Part shown: positions 12,191 through 26,884 of the stretch, piece by piece
How positions within the stretch are numbered: position 1 is the stretch's first letter
How the letters are laid out: every line of letters starts with the position of its first letter
Assembly (NCBI RefSeq): GCF_009914755.1
Contig: NC_060927.1
Origin: the human T2T-CHM13v2.0 reference genome, Homo sapiens
Reading direction: 5' to 3' (one strand)
Length of the DNA stretch: 64,000 nucleotides
Program-made: the position numbers and the translations under genes
Notes under the pieces: model-generated
What the model saw: the letters and a program-made list of their open reading frames with translations, nothing else
What the model was told of the DNA's origin: nothing
The model's database searches: none

Positions 12191-13555
12191 AAAAGCTGTC
12201 AAAAAAAACTCAAAAACAAAAACAAAAAAAAAACTTCCCCAGGAAAAAAATGTATTCTACAAGTTGATTTGGAGATGTACTGCCAAATGAGTTTATAATG
12301 TTTCCTTAAATGTCACTAGAAGATAGCCAACCTAAACTGTAATTAATTAAAAGTAATCTGTAAACTTGTCAACTGTAAACTGTTACAAAAGGATGCTAAA
12401 TGAAAAAGGGAAGGACAGATGCAACAACAAAGGCAAGTGACAATGGCCATCAGAGAGGAGAGCTGAGGAGCGGGGGTTTGTCTCTCTCCTGCTCTGCTCC
12501 GGCATGAGGGTGCTCAGACTGGAAATGTTCTGGCTCTTCAGACAGCAACATCTCTCGGGAGGAGAGAGACAATTCATCAAGCTACCAAGGCTTGACAGCA
12601 TTGTCCCTTGAGGACATCAGCTCTGATTCTATATTCACCAAGAAAACTTCTGAACTGTCATGCATTTTTCTGAGTAAGCTCATGGTCTCAGGCCAGGTTT
12701 TCCTCCAGCTGTAAATTAATAAAACTGCATTCTAACTATCATTATCAGAATTGGGGGTGGAGGGTATGTTATCATGAATCAATTATTCAGTGCCTAATCA
12801 TGCCAGGAAAAAAAATAATAAAATCAAATTGCTAGTGCTATAAAATTGTGGACTGGGCATTAAAAAGGAAGTAAAAGTTAAAACGTTCAGGTCTGCTGGC
12901 CTTACCTGTCATATGACTTCAGTAAGTATAACAAAGATTACAAGGAAAAGCTAAGGGCTAGATGGACACCCCAACCCTCAGTGTTATTATTCCCACTGCG
13001 GTCTTTAGAGTTCAAAGAAACATGATATAGACTACAATAGCAAAAACAATTTTCTCTTTCTCAATAGACACCAAACAATAGATCAAAAGGAATGGTTATA
13101 CAGTATTGCAAAAACAACAACAAGTATTAGCTAAGAAAAAAGTTTGACAGAGCAATCAATGTTAGAATTATCAAGTGGATCTATAAAATCCAAATTCCTA
13201 CTATTTTTCAATATAAGATAAATATTAACCTAATACAGTTCATATTCAAACCTGTCCTCTTAGTCACTTCTAGTCTTCTGACTCTTCAAATGCACTTACA
13301 TGGCACAAAGATAATTTGTTAACTCAGCAGGCATAAGTCAAACTAATGGTTTCATCCTGTATGAACAAAATAACTATCTAAAGACTTTAAAATTTCCAAC
13401 AAATTGAGTTGGCATTGCATAGATTAGGTACAGATAATCTTTAGTCTATGAGCCAAGAGAAACTCTCAATTTATTTTCATCTTGACAACATGAAAAGTAC
13501 CAAGAGGTAATATTACCAATACATACTTTGCTGTAATTGTAAAAATGCAGCCTGG

Positions 13556-13833
13556 GGCTGAGCATGGTGGCTCATCCCAGTGCTTTCAGAGGCTGAGGTA
13601 AGAGGATTACTTGAGGCCAGAAGTTGGAGACCAGCCTGAGCAACATAGTGAAACCCCATCTCTATCAAAAATTTAAAAGTTAGCCAGGCATGGTGGTTTG
13701 TCCCTGTAGTCCCAGCTACTCGGGAGGCTGATATGGGAGGATTTCTTGAGCCCAGGAGTTCAAGGCTGCAGTGAGTTATGATCACACCACTGCACTCCTG
13801 CCTGGGCTGGAGGCCTCTCTCTGAAACAAACAA
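13556..13833 (+). mobile_element. AluJ
   Basis: Dimer with AluJ diagnostics; degenerate TSD AAAAATGCAGCCTGG / AAAAATGGAGCATGG. Confidence 0.95.
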
Positions 13834-14124
13834 AAAAATGGAGCATGGTTTTAAAAACTGTTTTCTATAGAATCATAGTGCTCTATATATTTGACCATCT
13901 TTCTGAAAGCCTCCTTCTTAGTCTCTGTGTACTGCAATCTGTAGTCATGCCAGTCTATATGACTTTTATTATCCCTCTGTGTGTGTCCATTTGACTGAGA
14001 AATTCCCTGTCTCTCTCACTTTTCTCTCTCAGCTGACCTAGACCATTGTCTGGACCTTTACCTCTCCACATTAAATTTCCCTCCTTTTCTCTTCAGCCCA
14101 TACTTGACTTTCTTTTATCTATCC

Positions 14125-14339
14125 CAGTGCTGTCCAATAATACTTTCTGTAATGATGGAAATGTTCTCCATCCACATTTTCCAACACGGTAGCCACTAGT
14201 TACATGTAGCCTTTGGGCCCTTGAAATATGCCTAGTGTAACCAAGAAAGGGAATTTTTAATTTTCTTTAATTTTGATTCGTTTAAAGTTAGCTTTAAACA
14301 GTCACATGTGGCTGGCAGTTACCATATTGGACAGTGCAG
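14125..14339. mobile_element. MER3 (hAT-Charlie MITE)
   Basis: Terminal inverted repeats GCTGTCCAATA / TATTGGACAGT; internal GATGGAAATGTTCT and GTAGCCACTAG. Confidence 0.9.
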
Positions 14340-16289
14340 AATTCTGCCCCATAGAACTAATATAATGTTTTTAATCATGATAAGTACAATCTCTCAAAAA
14401 TAAGAAATTAAATTTACGTGGATCTCAAATAATTTATTTCTTTCAACCATTCAACAAACCCGTGATCCCTGATGATTTCTTAAACCCCTTAAGTTATAAT
14501 CTCTAAGGACCTCAAGGAAGAAAAAGGGAAAATGAAGCAAGGAAAAAAAAATTTCAGGCTATAAACTTGAGCAGCAATGTAACCATTCCTGTGAGTCTGT
14601 TTTGTCTCTGCCTATCAATAGAACATTAATGGCTGATTAGCACATACTGAGGATTTGTGGATCTAGCATGAGAAGATCTGTGTCGGGGCTCTTCGATTAG
14701 GCATTCCCTGAGCGCAGATTTTACAGGACTGCACTCTGCCATGCCCAGAGCAGACTTCAGCTGGGAAAGCGGTCCTGCCTTGAGCCTGCAGGTGGTTCAT
14801 CTAGAGCAAACGCTCCTCCTACAGGCCAAAGAAGTTAATGCAGTCTCGCTAACACAGGGTCTTCATTCATCCTGACAAGCAGCCTATACAGTAGAAAATC
14901 TCATCTCCAAATTCCGCCACAAAATCACACGTTCATGGGGGTATGAGGAGGTGGATAGAGTGCAGCATTTGTCAACTCCATATCACCAAAACACTACCTC
15001 CCTGATTCCACCACAGTGAAGCACTTCATTTCAGAACAAATAGCAGTTCATCTCCAACCTTCTTCCTGTGTGCAGTTTAACTATGCACTGGGGCCTAAAG
15101 TCCACTGACAGTTCTCCATTCCCTGTGAATGTATATGCCACTGTATATTCTTTTCTCTTATTTGGGGATTGAACAATGCAAATTATTTCACTGACAATGA
15201 AGTACTTATTAAGGAATCTAGGGATAGAATTAGATCCTCCTACTTTCCCTTCATTTAATGACAATGAAATAATCTATTGTTATATTAAATGCATTAAAGA
15301 TGAACATAATAACCCTGCTATTTTTATCACTTCACCGCCACCTTTACTGGATTTACACTTATTATAGACAATGCAGGACTGTGATTTTTCAGTTTCCTTT
15401 TTGACACTGTCTCCTTGTGGCATTTTTTTCCAGATTGTCCGGGACAAAAAGCTAGCCCTGAGTCTGTGGGAAGTGAAGCTTACTGGAAAGCTGTCTGAGG
15501 TTGCTGCCTGCTGAAAGACTGAGCTCCTGTGAATAAAGACCATGTCGGTATTCAGGAATGGGGACAGTTGTGGGTTTGATGGCATTGTCACTGGAACCCA
15601 GGCTTTTTGATCTTTTGAGGTCAAAATATGGAGGCGTGGTCAGCCACTAGAGCTATGATTATAATTCCTACTATATCTTTCATATAAGAGTTTCAGTTCC
15701 TATTTACATCGGTGAGAGGGAACAGGATATGACAGTACAAGGCCGTGGAATTGGATCAGAAAGAGCCTTTTTCCATTATAGCCATAACAGAGCCAGTAGT
15801 TGTTCACTCATTTATTGCCTATTTATTAGGCTACAACAGACAGACATAGTGCCAAGGCTAGAGAGAGGCATGTGCGCTACCTTCACAGAGCTCCCACTCT
15901 GGTGGCAATCTGAAACCATGTGTTAGGCCAAAGATCATGTTGCAGCTATTTGCTATCCCAGCACTTTCATCTTCATTCATTCTTCAGTCTAATATTTGAA
16001 GAGCCCCTGTCATTATGTAGGCATTATGCTAGGCTTTTCACATGTTCTGTGAGTAATGCAAAGGCCCCCAGTGAACTCATGGGCCAAAAAAGAAAATATG
16101 TCTACACTAATTGAAAAATACACAAAAATAGCGTAAGAAAAGACTGCCAGATAAAATGTTAGGTGAGATCAAGGAATGGTGGGATTTCTAAAAAGATGAA
16201 GAAAACTGGAGTACATAGAATTTGAACTGAGACTGAATGGAAGAACAGGATTCTGACAAGTCGAGCTTCTTCAACACAGAAATCAACAA

Positions 16290-16455
16290 AACACTACATT
16301 TTCCAAAACCCTGTTACATTCACTAACTCACTGGAGCTCCATGACAACCCTATAGGATAGAAACATTAGTAATATTGTTATTATCTCTTTTTTTGCAAAT
16401 GAAGAAACAGCCTTGGATAATTTAAATGACACGCTAAAAGTCACCAGGGCAACAC
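16290..16455 (-). mobile_element. MIR
   Basis: ACAACCCTATAGG...TTTTGCAAATGAAGAAACAG. Confidence 0.65.
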
Positions 16456-16517
16456 ACTGCCAAACAAGTTTCCTTAACCCCTCAGGAAGGCAGGATCTTC
16501 AGTGTATCATTCCAGGT

Positions 16518-17093
16518 TGGGGTAGGCAGAATTCTAAAATGGCCCCCAAGGTTTCCCATGCACACTCCCAGAATAATCTTCAGGACTGTGGACTTGATGG
16601 ATTTTTGCTCCTTGACTGGGTTATGTTAGATGGCACCATTAACTTTAAAAAAGATATTTTCCTGGTGGACCTGACCTAATCACATGAGCCTTTAAAGAGA
16701 GGGAGGCCTCTTCAGCTGGTCTCAGCACGGGAGGTCAGAGAGTGTCAACTTGAGGGAAGTTTCCTGTTGCTGAGATGGAGAGGGACAAATGGCAAGGACC
16801 TCAGAGCAGCCTCAGGAGCTGAGAATGGCCCCAACCAGCAGCTAGCAAGACAATGGGAACCTTAGCCCTACAACTAGAACGAAAGCAATTCTGCCAAATG
16901 TGGGAGGGAGCTTAGAAACAGGTCATTGTCTCCAGATAAAGACCTTGATTTCACCCTTGAGACAGCCTCAACAGAGGACCCAGTTAAAACATGCTGGACC
17001 TTTACCTACAGAAACCATGAGATAATAAATTTGTGTTGTTTTAAACCACTGAGTTTGTAGTAACTTATTACACAGTAATAGGAAACAAACACA
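16518..17093 (+). mobile_element. MaLR solo LTR, MLT1E-like
   Basis: GGTAGGCAGAATTCTAAAATGGCCCCCAAG...CCTGACCTAATCACATGAGCCTTTAAA...GAGATAATAAATTTGTGTTGTTTTAAACCACTGAGTTTG. Confidence 0.85.
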
Positions 17094-17653
17094 GGGGTCA
17101 TCTATAATTTTGCCATAATATACCTAGCTAGCTTTAGTACTCTGTAATTACTAAGACAAATTTATTACTCCAAACTGAGCAGTCTTTCCCCCACGTGTGA
17201 ATGTATTTGTCCCTTGCCACCTCTTCCACTTTACTCATACAGCTCATGACAATTTTTATAATCCCATGACCTTTCTTCACCTACACAAATTATCCTTATA
17301 GATTTCTAAAGCATGTTGAGCAAAAAAACTCATGCCTGACTGATTGGATAAAATGCTGTAGCAGATCGTATGTATTTTCCAAAAATGGCCACACAAAATT
17401 TTTGGTTTCACATGCCTATCCATAATTTACCATTCTCCCATCAAGAGGTAGAGTTTATGTCCTCTTCCTTGAACCTGGAAACGTCTGTGACTATCTGAAC
17501 TAATAGAGTACAACATACAGGACACGCTATGACTTCTGAGACTGGGCCATACAAGATGATACAGCTTCTGGCCAATGAGCCCTCTGTCAAGGTTGCTCGT
17601 CCTTGGAACCCAGTCATCTTGCTGTGGAGAGGCCACATAGAAAGGCCCAGAAG

Positions 17654-17791
17654 GGCTGGATGCGGAGGTTCACGCCTGTAATCTCAAAAATTTGGGAGGC
17701 CAAGGTGGGTGGATTACTTGAGGTCAGGAGTTCAAGACTAGCCTGGCCAACATGGTAAAACCCCATGAAAAAAATGAAAAAAGAAAAGAAA
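17654..17791 (+). mobile_element. Alu left monomer only (AluS-type)
   Basis: GGCTGGATGCGG...GAGGTCAGGAGTTCAAGACTAGCCTGGCCAACATGG then an A-rich tract; no right arm. Confidence 0.9.
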
Positions 17792-17844
17792 GAGACAAGG
17801 AGCAATTCTGAGGCCCTGGCTCTCAACCCTAGCCAAGATCCCAC

Positions 17845-18392
<548 letters not shown>

Positions 18393-19740
18393 CTCACAGC
18401 CAACAGCCTTCACTGGCTCACCAGCTATGTGAGTGAATCAGGTCCAAAGTGGATATTCCAGCCCTTAGTTGAGCTGCCACAGCTGACTCCACATGGAGCA
18501 GAGATATGTCTTTCCTTCCAAGCCCTGCTCAAATTTTAGGTTTATGAGAAAAATAAATGACTGTTGTCATTATAAACTACCAAGTGTTGGAATAATTTGT
18601 TATAAGGCATGAAATACTAATTTAAATAAATAAAGGTGTAGGAGGTGAAGTAGAGAAAGTCTCTGAGATGAACTTGGGGTTTTCTGAATGATTGGAAAAG
18701 CAGTTATATATTTGAAGCTAAGGAACCTGCAGCTAAAATGTGTAAGTTTGAAAACCACAATTGTACATTAAAGAAAAGTAAATAGATAACAGACATTAGG
18801 TGATTATCTGATTAAAGTAATTCACACTAAGATGTTACTGGAGCCCAGCTTAACCTCCAAGGGGATGTTCCCATTTTAAAAGAAGAGGGTAATAGAACAA
18901 GTTAGTAGTTCTCAAGCAATGCTAATCTGAGGTATTTTGTTGCTGAAAGCAAATAATGGTAGCTGCTTATATCTGAATTCACAATGAAAAAAAAAGATTT
19001 CAATGAAGTGAATTTTCTCGATTTGTTTGTTCCATGGAAAAACAGTTTTCTTAAATTTATTTTACTGCTACAGTTTTGCTGTTGGTGAGTCTTAGCAAAT
19101 GACAGGACAAATTATTAAGTACTATGTTAATATTAACAGAAAAACTTAGAATCATCCTTAGTTCCTTGGCCTGTGTGATTATGGAAGTGATTTCATATTG
19201 CAGTTTATGATACAGTTGTATTTTCTGCTGGTTAAGTGTCCTTAGTTTGCAAATGGAATTAAGTATATCAATATTTCATGGAGTTCTTCTGAGAACACTA
19301 CTTCCTCCAGGTGTTTTGCCAACTAATCAAGATTAAGAACCATGAACTTAAATGAATCTGTCATTAGTGGAATATAAGAGGGGATATTTTTTAACAGGGT
19401 GGGAAGCCTCACTTTGCGCTGTCCCTGCTCTGAATATCTGTCATGCCTTTACCACAGGACAGGAAGAACAGTTATCAGCAACTTAGCTGATAACTCACGT
19501 CTGAATGGCTTACTATCCTGGTCCTAAGGCAGCTGAAAAAAGCCAGATTTAGCTGGAAGACACAAAACCATGTGGTAGTCCAAAGAGAAGCGTGATTGTA
19601 AGATTAGATCGCATAAATATAAAATAAAAATTATATTCAGTCTAGAGATGAAACTAGAGTGATTGAGAACAATTAAGAAAAGTGAGAAGAGACCCATATT
19701 AGTAACCCCAGTTCTGTCATGCTTGGCTGCTTTGAGAAAG

Positions 19741-19809
<69 letters not shown>
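19741..19809. repeat. Compound (GA)n(GT)n microsatellite
   Basis: Direct reading. Confidence 0.97.
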
Positions 19810-19810
<1 letters not shown>

Positions 19811-20609
19811 CTACATCGAAGTTCTAGAGAACTATTTCTCAAACAAGACTATATGAATAAAATAACCTATCATCTGTATATGAAAAAGTCAGCCAATTTC
19901 AGAAAAAAGCACTCCCTTGATATTAGACTTATAAACAAAAATTATAAAATGAAAATAGAAGGCATAACGCTGACTAGTGTTATAAACCTAATATATAAAC
20001 CTAAATATAATTGCCATGGTAGATTATGATGGTTAAATTTTCCAATATCTGGGCCTCCTAATAAAAATGCTAGTTAGCCAGAGGATTTTGAGTTTGCATA
20101 AAATACAAGGATAATTATTGATATTTTTTGTTTTATATTCCATCCATTTCCAAAATGAATTTGAGGCACACTCCTTTTCTAGACCAAAGTTGACTCTCTC
20201 TCTTTCTCATAATATAACAAGATCAAGAAGTCTTGATAGCTTCTTTTCTTTGTCACTTGATGCTCTTGAATAATTCAAGGTACTGACAAAACCAACCTCC
20301 TCCGAGCTTCATAATCCACTGCTCTTCAGTCCTATTCTAGCACATATTTGTGCTATAGCTAGCTTTTTTTCTAGCCCTGGATATCCTTGAAGGTTCTTTT
20401 TTGTTACCTGAAAAAAAAATTAATTTCAGCATCAAGGCCAGGGGAGAGAAGTAGAGGGTGAGGAGGAAATTGGTATCCCCTGCCTTCAAAGGAAGCCCCT
20501 GTCAAAGATTTAAAAACAAAACAAAAGCTTTTGTTGGCAAGAGTGAGATAATACCCACCCCTGTACTCATACTACTATCGGCCTAAATGTGACAGAGCTT
20601 TAAAGTTGC

Positions 20610-21000
20610 CCTTATCCTTTGACCCAATCATTTAAAATCAAGGAATGTGGTCTAAACAAATTTTAAAAAAAAAAATTTTAAAAATGTAAAAGCATATTCT
20701 TATTGCTAGGTATAATTTATAAAAATAACATAAATCCCAACAATATGAGAAGTTTAAATACATTCTACTATATCTATGTTATAATAATCCACAACACTCT
20801 ATATACAGTATAATTCCATTTGTGTGTTTGTGTTGTGTGTATATGTGTGTGCACATAGATCAGAAAGAAATAAGTAAAATTCTTAACAGCAGTTATTTCT
20901 GGCACAACAATTGTGATATTTCTATTTTCTTGCTTACATTTTTCTATGTTTTCTAAGTTTTCTGCAGAACAGATTTTATTTTTATAATCAGAAAAAAATG
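20610..21000 (+). mobile_element. Ancient L1 3' fragments (L1ME-like)
   Basis: CCTTTGACCCAATCA...TTAACAGCAGTTATTTCTGG...TTTCTAAGTTTTCT...TTTATAATCAGAAAAAAA. Confidence 0.6.
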
Positions 21001-21079
21001 ATATATAAATAAGTTGTCCATTCATGCCCTTACAAATCAATCAAAATACAGGAGTCTCTGAATTACTCCTGAAAGCTGA

Positions 21080-21420
<341 letters not shown>

Positions 21421-21727
21421 GATTTCCCTTAGTTTTATATTTATTTTTCCTTCACGACTCCTGCCTCAGTGCTTCCTGCTCCTGGGGACTGGATCCCTCT
21501 CTGTCTCAGTGCAGAACAGCAGAAGTGCATGGCTGTCTCTCATTCATCGAAACTGCTACACTCTACTTTCTGCTTGTCCTTGGGTTTTATAAGCCAGGTG
21601 CACTTTCTCTTTCTCTCTCTCTCCCTTTGTGCAGACCTTTACCAAGCAAACATTCTGCCTCTAATAATGCTCTTTTTTTCTTTCCACCACAAAACTTCCA
21701 GGAGCCAGTTTTCTTCCTGGGCTCATT

Positions 21728-21754
21728 TGTGTGTGTGTGTGTGTGTGTGTGTGT
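21728..21754. repeat. (GT)n microsatellite
   Basis: Direct reading. Confidence 0.95.
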
Positions 21755-21784
21755 GGCCCTTCATCTTATATATAGCAAGAGACC

Positions 21785-22090
21785 AAGAACGTTCATTCAT
21801 ACCCTTTGACCCAAATATTTAATTTCTGGGAATACAGCCCAAAGAAAAAATTCAAAATGTGGTGGTGGCAGAGTAGGATAAACTATGAAATATTCACCAT
21901 AGCATAATTTTTAATAGCAAAAATTAGAAGCAACCCAAGTGGCCCACAATTGGGAAGTAATTAAGTAAAACTAGGCATATCCATAAAGTAATTTTTTTTC
22001 AAAATAATAGCCATTAAAATTAATGACTAAGACTAGGTGGCAATTGGGTAAATGTTTAAATATAATTTTAATGAGAAAAAACAGTACTTA
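21785..22090 (+). mobile_element. Ancient L1 fragment (L1ME-like)
   Basis: TTCATACCCTTTGACCCA...TTCTGGGAAT...AATAGCAAAAATTAGAAGCAACCCAAGTG. Confidence 0.65.
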
Positions 22091-23630
22091 ACTTCAAATC
22101 TAAGTAAAAGGGTAAAACGAAACATAGAAGGATAAACAGAGATTATAAAGAAAAGCATTTTTCCTCTAGTTACTTCACTAGTTTGGAACCCCAATCTAAA
22201 GGTACATATGAACAGTTCTAAAAGTTCTGGTATTGAAGGATCTTACCACCAGCCCATGAGCTGAGACGAAGTTTCCTTCCTTCCCACTCACCTTGTCCCT
22301 GCAGGACAATGGTGACTTATTTCTAGTAAAGACAAAGTCAGCTCTATGTCTAAACGTGGTGAAGTGTCTCCTTCCTTCCCATCCAAATGCCTCTAAACAA
22401 AAAACCTCTGAAGACCAAAATTTAGTACTGTTTCATCAACGATTTGTGACCCAGTGCCTACCACTGGATCTGCCTGCACCCCTGGCACTATTCCTACCTG
22501 CTATGGCTGTGTCTGGTACAATGGAGCTGGCAAGACAGCACGGACCTCTGACTCCCAGTAGGGCAGCCCTGCAGGGAGAGGCCTCCCACTACCTCTCAGA
22601 GCTAGTACCTCTTGTCTGGCTCTTCCAGAAGCCATCACTACAAAGGGGAGAGGGTTCAGTAAGGCTGCACTCCCTTTGACCAAGGCTGTGTTTTCTCTAC
22701 TACCAGAAGGGTCCCTGTATTCTTCTAGTCACTCATATCACCGCCGCCAGACCCACTGCCTTCCCTGTGCTCCACTTGCTCCTTAACTTTGTTGCTCTAG
22801 TCTCCCTTCCATTAGGAAGTTATTAAAATCTCCCATAAAGGCAGCTAACCCTTTTTCTATTTCTCAAGGTGCATGTGTCTAGGAAAAGACAGGAGTACTT
22901 CTCTTCCCTGTTGAGGCTTCCCCCAAGTGGATGGCTGAAGAAAGGCAGTTCGTTCATCCTGATAGAGCTACTGAGGCTAACGGCAGTGAGGTGAGCCCTC
23001 TTACTCCCTTTCTATCAGTGAGTTCAGGGGACACAAAAACCCCATGTAAGAGGTGTGCACCTGAACAAGCAAATCCACATGCATCATCACAAGGTCATTT
23101 TCTATGCTGCAAAAATTCCCCAGCCTTCCAGCAACAGGAAAACTCCTCATTAACGAGGCTGTCTTAAAGTCCCAGGAGGCATATAGAAACTGCCTTGAAG
23201 GCATTCACTGGTTACCTTACTTGCATTTTTCCCAGGGAAGGCAGTCTTCCTTGGGTCCAAAATAAGATTTTCCTAAAATCCTGAGCTGTTATAGAGTCCC
23301 AGGTTCCACATATACACATTTTATTTTGAAGTTTAGAAACTACATGTGCATTAAAAATGAGTTGGAGGAAACGTATCTAAATGGTCATACCAACTGTTAG
23401 AGTGGTGAAATCACAGATGACTTATCTCTTGAAATCTTTATTTTCCAAATTTTTATGTTTACTTTTTCAACCTAAAACATAGAGGGCAAATAACACAAGA
23501 ATGTCTCAAGATCCTCTCAATTGATCAAAACTCCCTATAAAACCAAAATATTTCTTCTATTTGATTTTTGTTTCATTTTCTCCAATTTCTTTCTTTCTCC
23601 TCTCTGGTGAGAGTATTTAATTGTGGTCTC

Positions 23631-23711
23631 ATCCATCTATCTTTGCATCCATCCATCTGACCGTCCATCCGTCCATCCATCCATCCATCCATCCATCCAT
23701 CCATCCATTCA
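23631..23711. repeat. (CCAT)n tetranucleotide repeat, imperfect
   Basis: Direct reading. Confidence 0.95.
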
Positions 23712-26700
23712 TGCCTCTTCTTTCCATTCCTGCCTTAAAGGAGCCAAGCAGGGAAGTCACGAGTTGCCTTTAAAAAAAAAAAGAAAGAAAGAAACGTTCA
23801 GCAGCAGCCAAGCAGCCAGAGGCACTAATGTGAGAAGCTGGAGAAGGTGTCGTTTTGCACTCAAACTGACATTTAAGCTGTTTCATAAATATGAAATCAA
23901 ACTTGAAGGTCCAGATGGGCTGCCGCCCCCTCCGCCTTTTGCTGGAATGACATGCTATTTACCAGCCTCAGAAAGGGGGACTGAGGAATGAAACTTCCAG
24001 ATGATGAGTCACAGAAGAAAATGATTGATGAGTGATGAATGAACTAGTGTTTTTTTCATGCAAGAATCAGGAGAGAGTTTCTGCCCGATGGACAGTGATC
24101 ACCGACGCGTAGTGTAGCCACAGTCAGACTGTGACAAGGAGCAAGGTGGACACATTTCCCAGGTGCTACACAGAGTAGACAGTACAAGTCACAGCTTGTC
24201 ACTCACTCACTCACACATACATGGAGGCATTTCCAAGAGGGTCACTTTTATTCTGGGTGATTCCATAGCAGCAGTTGTTCCATATCATATATGCATCATA
24301 AAAAAGAGTATCACATGAAGCCAAGTATAAAATTTGAGTTTTGGTGACATAGGCATCTGTCAGGATCTTGGAATCCCGGAGTGTTTATGACTGCACTACC
24401 CCGCCAAGTGCTTCCTACAGCACTGTTTTTGAGGTGAGCATTGCAGAACCTTGTCTGCCTCTCCAGAGCCCTGTGGAGCTGGAAGGGATGAGGAAGGCAG
24501 GGATTTTGGAGGCTCCACTGCCACTTCTGCAACATCAAGCCATGACCCAGAAAGATACCTCCTATTGCTATGCTGCAAAGCTACAATATGCTCCCAATTT
24601 AGAGAGATGGAATGTGGTTCTCCATCATTCTGGAGGACTCTCAGGGATGTCTTGGCATTAGTCTCTGATTATTCCTTGTAACTCAAGTGTTTCACTTTTC
24701 TGAAGAATAAACAAAGAGACAGCTTGGTTTATTTTATAGCTATTGCTGTAAACCAAGGAAATCACTTTTAATTCCATTTCAATTACAGAAAGAAGATTTT
24801 GATGATGTCCATAAGGTGACATTTTCTTCATCATTTGAAAGATAAGAATTTGAGGTTGAGCAGGGCACTTTCTTCAATGAAACACACGGTGGTGATTTGC
24901 AGGCATTGGCTGTAACCTTGACCCATACATTCTCGTGATTGGGCGGAACAGATTTTTTATAACAGGACAGATTCCAGCTCCAGCTTGTTTGCTCTAATTC
25001 TTTGGAATCACCACCTTTGTATGTACCTGAGCATCCAGATGAGAAGAGCCTTTGTTATGTTTCTATAGATTGAGGTTCATGACAAGCAATATCAGAGCTG
25101 TTCTACCTCCTTCTTTCAAATGAATTTCTGCAAAATAAAGTCCTCTAGACAATGTTAAGGGAGAAAAACCTCCCTCCCTCTGATTGTCCCCAGACCAATC
25201 CTTACATAGGCAGCATTGATGTCTCTCCTGCTCTGACTCTGCATTGCCCCACCTCTTGCCACCTTTGGGGGATGTGATTAGGTATAAGATGCAAACTTTG
25301 CACTTACCTCTGAGCTAATATGTGCTACAAACAAGGTTGGTGGGAGGGGGCATAGCTGCTGAATCTCTAGAAGGAGGATTACGAAAACCTGCAGTGAGGA
25401 TCTATCCCAGTGGAATAATGAGAAGAGAGAAGGAAGTGCAGAAGTGAGCAATAGGATTTCCTGGCAGAGGCTGTGGCAGGCTTTGTCTCCCTCTCTTAGA
25501 GACTTCGGTTATCAGTGGGTCAATGGCATGCTGGCACATAGTGTGTCTTTTTTTTTTTATTGACTCCAGTGAAGAAATTTCTTACCACTGGATAGATGAT
25601 AGATAGATAGATAAGATAGGGATATCTTTTAAAGGTTGAATCAGAAGATCTCTGTTATTTGGCTTGATTATGGTTTATACGAATTTCAGTTTTCTAGGTT
25701 ACAATTTTCCTTAAATGGGCCATTGGATTTCTGGCCTGCCAGATTTAAAAATTCCAAATACATTGAAGATGCCCCCCAATTCAGGGCATATAGAATCAAA
25801 TGTAAAGCTGGTGTAAAGTCAACACACCGCTTAAAGAGAACTGGTCTCTCCTCTGCTATTTCAGATCCTACTAATTTCGTTGAGACACTGGGTCACATTA
25901 TGGTAACTTCTTCATTGGAAGAAATTCAAAGGCTTAGCAAAAGAAAGTTGTAACTCCCTCGTAAATATTAAAACCGAATTCAATTTAATTTTAAACATTT
26001 TCTAATTGGATACTGTGTGCTTAACCCTACACTGGACATTGAATAGGGTTTTAAAATTTTTGTTTTTTTCCTACTTCAGTGCATATATGTTTCCTATTAA
26101 AAATTAAATGATAGCACAAGTCAGTAAATAGTTAATTTCTTAATTAGATCATTTTGTAGGACAGTTTGGTGGGGTTTTTTTTTTTCCATAGTGAGTGTGC
26201 AATCCCCTGTGAAGGGCAATAGAAATAACATGGGATAACAGGCAGGCTTCAGGGCCAAGTTTACTGTGATCATATTAGAGAAGGTGATTAGAAAGTACTC
26301 TGATCACACCAGACACATCCCAAAATAGAAGAATTAGCTGCAGTGAAGAAAGATCTAAAATTAAGTGCTTCCCCAGGTGGGTAGTAAGCATTCATGGAAG
26401 ATGCAGTAATAGACAACAGGTGGGAGCCAAGACAAGCAAATCACCTGAGAGAGATCCTGTGATTACAGATATACCAGTGGAATGGTGGAACAAAATGGCG
26501 GAGGTTTTAGAATAAAGCAAAATGCAGAGTAGCTAATAAGAAGTATTGGGAAAATCTGAAGGCTAGAGACAGCACCTCAGCTGTAAGGCTGGTTTATAAG
26601 GTCTCTGGGGAATACAGAAAAAAAAAACAAAAAACTAAGGTTTCAACCATAAGAAATTAGGCACTACAGGTATTCAAAACAGGGCATAAGATTTTGGAAA

Positions 26701-26884
26701 ACAAGACAGGGATTTAGTAATTAACCTTGGGGTCCAAAGGCAGGAGGTGGTCTCAGGAATAAGAAAGTCTAATCTAGTGATCAAAGGGCACAATATTAGA
26801 GCCAGGCATGCAGAAATAGTAACTAATATTTATGCACCACACTGCATAGTTTTGAAGTATTTTTACATTGTATGGGTTCCCAGG

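Noticed and set aside
12901-12908. Perfect minus-strand donor CAG|GTAAG
   Set aside because: No convincing partner acceptor or reading frame. Isolated donor consensus sites are common.
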